A stretch of DNA of 36,970 bases from a virus. Its lineage: Duplodnaviria; Caudoviricetes. The stretch lies in IMG/VR virus record IMGVR_UViG_3300035660_000042, positions 1-36,970 of that record; one strand, given 5' to 3'. A model generated the notes under the pieces. That model was not told the DNA's origin and did no database searches. It saw only the letters and a program-made list of their open reading frames with translations. Position numbers and translations under genes: made by a program. How positions within the stretch are numbered: position 1 is the first letter of the stretch; each line of letters starts with the position of its first letter. Shown piece after piece: positions 18,817 through 26,912 of this stretch.

Positions 18817-19146
18817 ATGATAGAAAATTTAAAAACAAATATACAAATAGAAGAAACAAAAAACAATAAATTCAGGATAACTTTTAGCAAGATAGATTTA
18901 GCAGATAGCGATAGTGTATTAAAAAATATAGACGAATTAAGACAAGCAATAAAGCAACACGAAGAGTTTTTAAGCACAGTAGATAAGCAAATGGAAATTA
19001 GAAAATCCGAAGCAACTAAACTTAAAGCACAGAACGAAGAGATATTGAAAGAATTTATTAAGATAGAAAATAAAGCAAGATTATGGAAAAAAATAGCAGA
19101 AGAAAAAGACAAGAGATTGCCAGAAAGCTCAGTCGGAATAGGATAG
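18817..19146 (+). CDS. coiled-coil hypothetical protein
   Basis: GGAGGT RBS. Confidence 0.65.
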   Translation: MIENLKTNIQIEETKNNKFRITFSKIDLADSDSVLKNIDELRQAIKQHEEFLSTVDKQMEIRKSEATKLKAQNEEILKEFIKIENKARLWKKIAEEKDKRLPESSVGIG

Positions 19147-19310
19147 ACTTTCTTTGCTTGTTATTAGCCTATATAGGATTAATTTTTTTTGATTTATTGT
19201 CAATGAATTTGATTAATTTAGGAGAAATGATTTTATTTGGAACTATAACTTTCGGTATGATTGTAGTTTTAAGCAGAATTAAAGTAAGTTGCGAGATTAA
19301 TCCTAAATAG
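19083..19310 (+). CDS. small protein with 2 TM segments (start uncertain)
   Basis: Two hydrophobic segments. Confidence 0.45.
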   Translation: MEKNSRRKRQEIARKLSRNRIDFLCLLLAYIGLIFFDLLSMNLINLGEMILFGTITFGMIVVLSRIKVSCEINPK

Positions 19311-19407
19311 AGAAGCGGACAATCTCGTCTTACTTGTATAATAGTAACAAGAAAGATATATATTTAAATGTTACTATTTAGCATATATATATTAGAAGAT
19401 ATATAAT

Positions 19408-19494
19408 AGCAGTGTAGATTAGTCAGGTTAAATCGCTGGCCTCATAGCTTAGTGGGAGAGCCAGAGAGCGTTGGTTCAAATCCAATCACTGCTA
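19408..19494 (+). tRNA. tRNA-Met(CAT), initiator-like, with a 12-nt BHB intron at 37/38 (19447-19458)
   Basis: Acceptor AGCAGTG/CACTGCT (A1-U72), D stem GATT/AATC, anticodon stem CTGGC/GCCAG, T arm GTTGG-TTCAAAT-CCAAT. Intron helix CTCA/TGGG with 3-nt bulges TAG and AGA. Confidence 0.9.
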
Positions 19495-19496
19495 TT

Positions 19497-19568
19497 GCCA
19501 TTAAGGTGTAGATAGCGACACACTTAGTCTGTGCCTAAGAGAGAAAGGTGCAAATCCTTTTAGTGGCT
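19497..19568 (+). tRNA. atypical tRNA, anticodon TGT (Thr-like) by geometry
   Basis: Full cloverleaf: GCCATTA/TAGTGGC, GTGT/ACAC, CTTAG/CTAAG, AAAGG-TGCAAAT-CCTTT. Non-standard A8, C33 and G37. Confidence 0.65.
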
Positions 19569-19614
19569 TTTTCTAAAGAGAAAGTTTTATAAAGGTAGAA
19601 AACCCCTACTTCTT

Positions 19615-20292
19615 ATGGCAAAATTGAAAAGTCCTGAATGGTATAATAATATAAGTAAAGCATTAAAGGGCAGAACTCCTTGGAATAAAGGAAAAATTGG
19701 ATATAAAAGAAAAACAAAAAATCCACAACAAGCAAATAAAAATATAAGTGAAGGAGTTAAAAAAGCTTGGAAAGATGGAAAATTTAAAAATGTTGATTAT
19801 TCTAAATCTTTAGAACATAGAAAAAAATTAAGTCAAGCCAAAATAAAATATTATAAAGAACATCCAGAAGAGGCAAAAGAACACGGAAAATGGGTTAAAG
19901 AAAATCAATCAGGAAAAAATAATCCTAATTATGGCAAGAAGCATAAAGGATTAAATGCCAAAGAGAAAAATCACTTTTGGAAGGGAGGAATAGCTTATGA
20001 ACCTTATGATGATGGTTTTGACAAGGATTTTAAACAATTCATAAGAGAAAGAGAAGATTATAGATGTTTTGAATGTTCTAATAAAATTACAGGAATAGAA
20101 AGATGGTTACACGTGCATCATATAGATTATGATAAGAAAAATAGCAAGGAATGGAATTGCATAGCATTATGTTCAAGTTGTCACGGAAAAACTAAAAAAA
20201 ATAGAGAATATTGGAAAAAATACTTTCAAAACAAGCTTATCCAAAAATATCCAAAATATGCAAAAGATTTAAATATCAGCATTACTACTTAG
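19615..20292 (+). CDS. free-standing HNH homing endonuclease with basic NUMOD-like N-terminus
   Basis: PWNKG, GKNNPNYGK, WKGG, CFEC...HVHHIDYDKKN...LCSSCH. Own TATA at 19586, 29 nt upstream. Confidence 0.85.
   Translation: MAKLKSPEWYNNISKALKGRTPWNKGKIGYKRKTKNPQQANKNISEGVKKAWKDGKFKNVDYSKSLEHRKKLSQAKIKYYKEHPEEAKEHGKWVKENQSGKNNPNYGKKHKGLNAKEKNHFWKGGIAYEPYDDGFDKDFKQFIREREDYRCFECSNKITGIERWLHVHHIDYDKKNSKEWNCIALCSSCHGKTKKNREYWKKYFQNKLIQKYPKYAKDLNISITT
20268..20275 (+). promoter_or_regulatory. TATA box of the portal transcript, inside the 3' end of the HNH gene
   Basis: AAAAGATTTAAATA; 29 nt before the ATG at 20297. Confidence 0.65.
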
Positions 20293-20325
20293 TTCTATGG
20301 CACTCTGGAAAGACAGAGCAATAAG

Positions 20326-23141
20326 ATGGCAAAAAAGAAAGATATAAAGAAAGAAGTTGCCCGTCTTAGAAGTGAAGTAAGAAAATTAAACTTGCAAAAA
20401 GTTGTCAATCCATTTACAGGAATTGTAAGCGGAAATTATTGGACACAAACTGGAATGCCTTGGGTGTCAAGCGAGGGAAGAAAGGCTGTCCTCACCGAAA
20501 TCAAAAAATAATTTTGACGGTTGTGGTTTTGGCAGCCAATCCGTGGGCAAAAAAGTTTATAACTTTTCCCAACACCCCGTCGTGTTGATACAAATGAACT
20601 CCGACAAGAAAATTCTCGGATGAGTTCAGCCAAACTTTCTGGGTTAATAGTTGCGTAAATGTTATTTTAGATGAGATTAGTTCTCTTGAATGGGACATAG
20701 TGCCAAAAGAAGAATGGGACTATGATATAGTCAGAGAAGGAATAGACGAAGTAAAAGGATTTTTAAAATATCCTAACAAAAACATAGAAAGTTTTACAAC
20801 ATTTCTTAGAGCAATAATTAAAGATATTTTAGAAGTAGATGCAGGAGTAGTAGTAAAAGTATATACTTTAGATAGTTATGATTTTGAACATTTAGAACCT
20901 AAATCTGGAGCACCTTTATTGAAACCTGTAGGACAAAGAAAGATGGTAGAATTATATGCAAGAGACGGAGCTTCTTTTCTAAAAGAAACAGACAAATTCG
21001 GATTTATTAAAGGTTATTGGCAATATTCTTATCAAATTCCCGCGCATCCTATGTGGTTTAACAAAGAAGAAATTTGTTATTTTATGAGAAATCAAAGAAG
21101 TATGTCTTGTTATGGTTATGCGCCTACACAAGCAATTATGGATTTAATTAAATCGCTTCATTATTCTACATTATATAATAAAAGATATTTTGAAGAGACT
21201 ACAATTCCAGATGGAGTAATGAGTTTAATAGGAACAAACGAAACAGAATTAAAAAACTTTATTACTCAATGGAATACCGAATTTAAAGCCCAACCTCACA
21301 AATTAGCAGTAGTGAACAGTGAATTTAAATGGCAACCTTTAAATGTAAGCCAGAAAGAATTAGAATTTTTAGAAACTCAGTCTTGGTATTATAAGTTAAT
21401 TATTTCTATGTTTGGCTTAACTCCAGCAGAATTAGGATTAACAGAAGATTTAAACAGGGCAACTGCTGCAACACAAACAGAATTAACAAAGAGAAAAGGA
21501 ATAAGGCCACTTCTTAAGATAATTGAAAGCTATATGAATGCAGACATAATCCCTGAATTTGGCTACGAAGGAATTGAATTTAGTTTTATTTATGATGACC
21601 CACAAGAAAAAACAGTTAAATTAGATAATTGGGGCAAAGAAATACAATTAGGATTGAAAAGCATTAACGAAGTAAGAGTAGAAATGGGAATGGAACCAGT
21701 AGATTGGGGCGAAGGACAAGCAGGAAAATTCAATATAACTCCTTACTCACCTGAAACTGCGCAATCCACAACCGCGCAAACAGAAGAAGAAGGCATCCCA
21801 GAAGAAGCAAGTGAAGGACAAGCAACCGCGCAAACAGAAGAAGACGAAAGAAGAAGCGAAGCAGAAACAGAAAGAAAAGAAAGAACATTAGACCCTTATT
21901 CAGATGCAAGTCGTCCAGTAGGAAGCTTTAGAAGTGCTAAGTTAAATTTAGAAAAAGGTAAAAAAATAGAAATGGATACTGATGACTTAATTGAAGAACA
22001 TAAAAAACTTGTTCAAATATTAGAAACAGCAAATCCACAAGAATTGAAAGACGAAGCAGATAAGCAAAGAAAAGAATTAGAAAATTATATGCAAGAAAAA
22101 CAATTAACTCCAATTAGTGAATATAGTGGAGTAAATTATGCAGGAAAAACTGATATGAGCAAAGATATATCAAGAGAAGAAAGAGAAGAAATAATAAGAA
22201 TAGTTTACGATAAATTAGTCAAAGATATATATTTAATCTTGCAAAGAACAGGAATGGGAGCAGGAGAAGCGGCAAGAATAGCCAATTTACTTCAGCAAAG
22301 AGGAAGATTAAAAAGTAAAGGGGTAAATGATGGACAATATTACAGAGAGCCATTTGAAGTAATTAAGCCAAGCAGAGGAAAGATAGAACAACCTCAAAAT
22401 AAGCCTAAACCTATGGGAGCTCCAAGCCAATTTCAAGATACAGGATTAGAAACATCTAATTGTCCAGTTTGTGGCTTTCCTACTTTGCATTTAATTACAA
22501 GTGCAGATGACTTAGCAAGAAGCAAAGTTTATCATTGTAATAATTGCGGAGTAACTCTTGATGAAGCAGAAGCCTTAGACCATAGTGTTTTAGATACTAT
22601 GTTTAGTCAGATGATGAGCAATCCTTATAGTGGAGCAATAACAACTCCACAATGGAGTCCTAAAAGTTTTGATAAGAAGTATGATGAGATAACAACTAAA
22701 GATTATATAGGATTTGATTTAAGTAAATCAGCACAATTTATGGAAGGATTTGTTATTAGCAAAGAATATTATAAGTTATTGAAAAAATATTTAGAAGATT
22801 TAAACAAAGACGAAGTAAAAACTATCATTAAAATACTTCAAGAAGGAATAAGTAAAAACGAAACAATAAGTCAAATTGCTAAGAAATTAGAAAATGTAAC
22901 TAAAGATTTAAGCAGAGCAAGATTAATAGCCAGAACTGAAACAATTAGAATAGCAAACGAAGGAAATAGATTACGAATGGAAGACAAAGGAATTAAGAAA
23001 GCAGAATGGATATCTGCACCAGAAGATGGAAGATTATGCGAAGAATGTAAGAAATTAGATGGAAAAATATTTAATCTCAAATTTTTGAAAAATAAGATAC
23101 CTTTGCATTGTAACTGCAGGTGCAGTTTTACTGAAAGATAA
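20326..23141 (+). CDS. portal protein fused to a Zn ribbon and a C-terminal MuF domain; predicted spliced CDS join(20326..20499,20524..20549,20574..20605,20623..23141), 916 aa
   Basis: Portal motifs (YPNKN, DILEVDAG, YGYAP, PDGVM, KELEFLE, FGLTPAELG, SINEVR) and MuF motifs (RARLIARTE, WIS..D.RLC..C, PLHCNCRC). Splicing restores the N-terminal ...ELRQFSQTFWVNSCVNVILDEISSLEWDI segment. Confidence 0.88.
20500..20523 (+). other. BHB micro-intron 1 in the portal gene (24 nt, in-frame TAA)
   Basis: Central helix ACCG/CGGT, bulges AAA and TGT, inner stem TCAAAA/TTTTGA, outer exon stem GGCTGTC/GGCAGCC. Confidence 0.85.
20550..20573 (+). other. BHB micro-intron 2 in the portal gene (24 nt, in-frame TAA)
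   Basis: Central helix TGGG/CCCA, bulges CAA and ACA, inner stem AAAAGTT/AACTTTT; outer stem is weak. Confidence 0.85.
20606..20622 (+). other. BHB micro-intron 3 in the portal gene (17 nt, shifts the frame)
   Basis: Outer stem GAAC/GTTC, central helix TCCG/CGGA, bulges ACA and TGA, inner stem AGA/TCT. Confidence 0.85.
21769..21844 (+). repeat. 22-nt direct repeat (TAQTEE) in the acidic portal linker
   Basis: CAACCGCGCAAACAGAAGAAGA at 21769 and 21823. Confidence 0.8.
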
Positions 23142-23179
23142 TACGAAACATTTATAAATGCAGATGTATTGCATATTAT

Positions 23180-23611
23180 ATGACAAAAACAAAAGAAGAA
23201 TTAAGAAAATCGCAATATGATAATCCAGAAGTTAAAAAGAAATGGAGAGAAGCTAATTTAAGAAGATATGCAGAAAATCCTGAATTAGGAAAATTAATAA
23301 CTCAAAAAGCCCACGAAGCAATTATTAGAAAAAGTCAAGAAAGATTTAAAACAAACCCACGAATATGGATAAGCAAGAGAGGGTATAAGATGATATATGT
23401 TCCAAGACAAGGAGCAGTAAAATATCATCACTGGATTTGGAAACAAGCAAATAGAGAAATTCCAGAAGGAATGGTATTGCATCACAAAGACTTTGATAGA
23501 TTAAACAATAATATTAAAAACTTAATATTAATGGAAAAGAAAGAACATAGCAAATTACATTATGCTAAATTGATTATAGATAGATATGGAAGATTTGTAA
23601 AGTTAAGATGA
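23180..23611 (+). CDS. free-standing HNH endonuclease (HNH_3 type)
   Basis: HHWIW...IPEGMVLHHKDFDRLNNNIKNL....EHSKLH. TATA at 23151, 29 nt upstream. Confidence 0.85.
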   Translation: MTKTKEELRKSQYDNPEVKKKWREANLRRYAENPELGKLITQKAHEAIIRKSQERFKTNPRIWISKRGYKMIYVPRQGAVKYHHWIWKQANREIPEGMVLHHKDFDRLNNNIKNLILMEKKEHSKLHYAKLIIDRYGRFVKLR

Positions 23612-23802
23612 TAGATAAAAAAAAACAAATAAAATTAAAGAAGACAGGTGTTCTTCTACCGCCTGAAGCCTATAAAGATAGATATCAACATCAGCAAGAT
23701 AGAATGGCAAGATTTACTGTTTCTACTGAAATGATGCCCATATTTCTTGCATTACAAGATATACTCGCTGAATTAAAAAAACTGAATGAGAGGAAAACTT
23801 GA
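23608..23802 (+). CDS. hypothetical protein
   Basis: ATGA coupling. Confidence 0.6.
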   Translation: MIDKKKQIKLKKTGVLLPPEAYKDRYQHQQDRMARFTVSTEMMPIFLALQDILAELKKLNERKT

Positions 23803-24863
23803 CACTTCCAGAAGATATTAAAGATTTAGAAAAAAGAAAATTTGTAGAAGCCGCAGGAGAAGTTGCAGTTAGAACTACTGCTACATTTACTCCAAGTGGA
23901 ACACAGGATTGTAATATTAAAGAAGTAGGTGGAAATGCTGTTACAACTACTGTTCCAGTATCTGGTTTAGTATCAGTAAGCAATATGATACCCGCAGTAG
24001 AGACAGGTTTAGCAACTTCTGCTAAGCAATTATCAGATGGACATAATGTAAATGTTTCTAATATGATACCATCTGTGGAAACAGGATTAGCAAAAGATAG
24101 TTCATTAAGTAATTTATCAAATTTAGATGTTGCATTATCTACAAGATTAAAAGCCGCTGATACATTAACAAAAGTAAGCACAGTAGATACAATAACAAAT
24201 GTAGTTCATATTGATGACAATTCAAGTTCTATTTCTGTGGATGCTAATAATCTTGATATAAGAGACTTGACTTCTGTGAGTGATAGTGTTTCAGCCGTTT
24301 TGACTGACGGATTAAATAATGTTACAGTCACAAACAATAAATTAGATGTTAATGCTACTCTTACAGCACAGACAATTGGAACTAATGATTTGTGGCAATT
24401 TAATACTTTTAATGGAAAAGGGTTTGTTTCTATAACTCCGGATATTATTTTTTCAACAACAGATGAAATTGATTTTATTCTTATAAAAAATCCAAGCGGT
24501 TCTGGAAGATTAATTAGATTTTATGATTTTCTTTTTAATACATCCAAAGGAACAAGTTCGGTTAGAGGAGATTTTAGATTTTATAGAAATCCTACAATTA
24601 CAACAAATGGAACTTCTATTACTATTAATAAAATAAGATTAAGTCAGTCAACATCATCTATTTGTTATATTTATTATATTCCCACAATTTCAGCAAGAGG
24701 CACATTAATTGGAAAAGTAGACAATCAAACATTTTCCGAAGGAAGTCGCAGAATTTTTAATTTAGGTAGATATTTGGAACAAAATGAAAATTTATTAATT
24801 ACTTTTGAACCAGCAACATCTGGAATAACTGCCTCTTTAACTGTTCAGTGGGTGGAGGAATAA
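23799..24863 (+). CDS. putative virion protein with an internal repeat (SNMIPxVETGLA x2)
   Basis: TTG start after a GAGG RBS; Ser/Thr-rich; located in the head module. Confidence 0.6.
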   Translation: MTLPEDIKDLEKRKFVEAAGEVAVRTTATFTPSGTQDCNIKEVGGNAVTTTVPVSGLVSVSNMIPAVETGLATSAKQLSDGHNVNVSNMIPSVETGLAKDSSLSNLSNLDVALSTRLKAADTLTKVSTVDTITNVVHIDDNSSSISVDANNLDIRDLTSVSDSVSAVLTDGLNNVTVTNNKLDVNATLTAQTIGTNDLWQFNTFNGKGFVSITPDIIFSTTDEIDFILIKNPSGSGRLIRFYDFLFNTSKGTSSVRGDFRFYRNPTITTNGTSITINKIRLSQSTSSICYIYYIPTISARGTLIGKVDNQTFSEGSRRIFNLGRYLEQNENLLITFEPATSGITASLTVQWVEE

Positions 24864-24864
24864 A

Positions 24865-25152
24865 ATGGTAGATTATTTATATAAAGCAAGGATATGGAAA
24901 GATACAACGAATGTAGTTGAAGTAAACCCAACAACAGAGTTAGCCAATAAAACCGAGTTTGAAACTAATTACAAAAGTTCTACAATTTCTATTAATAATT
25001 TAGAATTAATGGGAACAACTTTTGTAATTCTTAAAACTTATACTGACTTTAAAGTTTTAATTGACGGAATTAACATACTTTGGACTGATGTTAAGTGTGA
25101 GAATGGAGGTAATTTTTATGACTTGTATTTATTAACTACAAGCACGATTTAA
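24865..25152 (+). CDS. hypothetical protein
   Basis: GGAGG RBS; TAAAATG coupling. Confidence 0.65.
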   Translation: MVDYLYKARIWKDTTNVVEVNPTTELANKTEFETNYKSSTISINNLELMGTTFVILKTYTDFKVLIDGINILWTDVKCENGGNFYDLYLLTTSTI

Positions 25153-25154
25153 AA

Positions 25155-25316
25155 ATGAAAAATAAAAGTAAAATAATTGAAATCCCAACTGGATATACAA
25201 TAATACAAATAGAAAATGCTTTGAACAATTTACTTAATCAAGGATATTCTTTAATTCAAGTAACAGTTTTTGGCACTAAGACCTATGCTATATTAATAAA
25301 GAGAATAGCAGAATAA
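25155..25316 (+). CDS. small hypothetical protein (53 aa)
   Basis: IENALNNLLNQGY; fills the gap between coupled genes. Confidence 0.55.
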   Translation: MKNKSKIIEIPTGYTIIQIENALNNLLNQGYSLIQVTVFGTKTYAILIKRIAE

Positions 25317-25317
25317 A

Positions 25318-25536
25318 ATGAAAAATCACAATAAATTGAGAAAACTTATTTTAATTAATTTAGGAAACTTAATTAATCCTACAGCAAGGGAATTATACCA
25401 CGAAATCAAGGTGGAAGAGCCAACTATGACAAATAGATATGAATTTAAAGCATTTGTAAAACTAATCAATTCTTTCAAAGAAGTAAAACCTATAGAATTA
25501 TGCAAAGGAAAGCCAAAAATATACAAACTTGCTTAA
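25318..25536 (+). CDS. small wHTH-like protein
   Basis: PTARELYHEIK pattern. Confidence 0.5.
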   Translation: MKNHNKLRKLILINLGNLINPTARELYHEIKVEEPTMTNRYEFKAFVKLINSFKEVKPIELCKGKPKIYKLA

Positions 25537-25573
25537 AACAAAAATTTAAATATCAGTAGTATTTCTTATATTT

Positions 25574-26155
25574 ATGAATAAACAATTTAATTTCTACATT
25601 CCGTTGCAGAAAGATGTTAGTTCTAATGATATGCTTATAGGAGTAGCTTCTACTTTGTCTCTTGATAGAGATAACGAGAAGATGAGTGAGAAAGCATTGG
25701 AAGAAATGGAGAACGACATTAAAACTTTAGGCATAAATTTGTTTGGAAATCACGAACACAACTGGGAAAATACTTTAGGAGTAATAAAAGAAGCTCAACT
25801 AAATAGCGATAAATTAATGGTAGGAATACAATTAGATGATGCAACTACAAATCCTAAAGTGCCTATGTTATTAAATAAATTAGCGAGAGGAATTAAGTTA
25901 GGACTAAGCGTAGGCGGAACAGTCACAAAAGAAAAATACGAGTATGACAAAGAAGCTAACAAAAGAGTAAAAGTTATTGATGGAGTAAAATTATATGAAA
26001 TTTCTGTAGTAGGTATTCCTTCAAATGTAGAAAGTGTTTTGTCTATTCCAAATGCAATAAACAAATGCTTCAAATCCATAAATTTAAATATCAAAAAGTG
26101 TCCTGTATGTTATAGTCAAATGGAGAAAAAATGTCAAATATGTCTGTATTCTTAA
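25574..26155 (+). CDS. HK97-type prohead protease
   Basis: GVAST...DRDNE, NHEH, GLSVGG, LYEISVVGIPSN. Leaderless, with TATA at 25545. Confidence 0.9.
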   Translation: MNKQFNFYIPLQKDVSSNDMLIGVASTLSLDRDNEKMSEKALEEMENDIKTLGINLFGNHEHNWENTLGVIKEAQLNSDKLMVGIQLDDATTNPKVPMLLNKLARGIKLGLSVGGTVTKEKYEYDKEANKRVKVIDGVKLYEISVVGIPSNVESVLSIPNAINKCFKSINLNIKKCPVCYSQMEKKCQICLYS

Positions 26156-26901
26156 AAGAACTAAGAGAAGGTCAAAAAGTTAAGGCAACTGGAAAAGAAG
26201 GAATAGTAATGGAAATTGCAGGAGATTTGATTAAAGTAAAGTTTGAAGATGGAAGTTATGGAATGATAGACAGAGGACAAGTAGAAGAAGTAATGGAAGA
26301 AACTACATTAAAACAAACTGAAGACGAAGAAATAGAAATAGAATGTCCTAATTGTCAAGGAACAGGAACTATAGATGATGAAGGAACCGAATGTCCTAAG
26401 TGCAGAGGAACGGGGTCTATAGCAAAATCTATTAAAAAAGGTAAAATAATTCCTAAAGGCAGAGAATGTCCGAAATGTAAAACTCATAATGTTGATGAGG
26501 ATGGATTTTGTCATTATTGTGGAGAATATACAGTAGAAGAGAAGAAATCACTTAAAAAAACAACTTGGACAGAAATACACGATGCTTTGGTTAGAGAAGG
26601 ATATAGCGAAGATAGGGCAAGCAGAATAGCAAACTGGCAAATGCAAAGATTAGGAAAAGATATAGAGTGTCCTTTCTGTAAAAATAAAGAAGTATTGGAA
26701 GTAAGCAAGGAAACTCCAATAGATAAAAGCGAAATAGAATATCAGTGTATGAAATGTTCAAACAGATTTAGTATAGATAAACAAACAGAATTTGAATTTA
26801 AAAGCAGAATATATTGCTCAAATTGTGGATTAAAAACAGCTAAGCATATAGCTAATGGATTATATAAATGTGAGAAATGTAATAATCAATTTAGAATGTA
26901 A
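26131..26901 (+). CDS. protein with multiple zinc ribbons
   Basis: Eight CxxC motifs, two of them DnaJ-type CxxCxGxG; SH3/KOW-like N-terminus. Confidence 0.7.
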   Translation: MSNMSVFLKELREGQKVKATGKEGIVMEIAGDLIKVKFEDGSYGMIDRGQVEEVMEETTLKQTEDEEIEIECPNCQGTGTIDDEGTECPKCRGTGSIAKSIKKGKIIPKGRECPKCKTHNVDEDGFCHYCGEYTVEEKKSLKKTTWTEIHDALVREGYSEDRASRIANWQMQRLGKDIECPFCKNKEVLEVSKETPIDKSEIEYQCMKCSNRFSIDKQTEFEFKSRIYCSNCGLKTAKHIANGLYKCEKCNNQFRM

Positions 26902-26912
26902 GGAGGTATAAA

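Noticed and set aside
20297-20325. Fourth BHB intron in the portal leader
   Set aside because: The registers I tried remove 10 or 12 nt, which does not join ATG 20297 to the portal frame, and there is no proper two-bulge structure.
20326-20700. Portal pseudogene, sequencing error or stop-codon reassignment
   Set aside because: TAA terminates most other genes normally. Each interruption coincides with a BHB whose standard excision restores the frame, which is unlikely for three independent errors.
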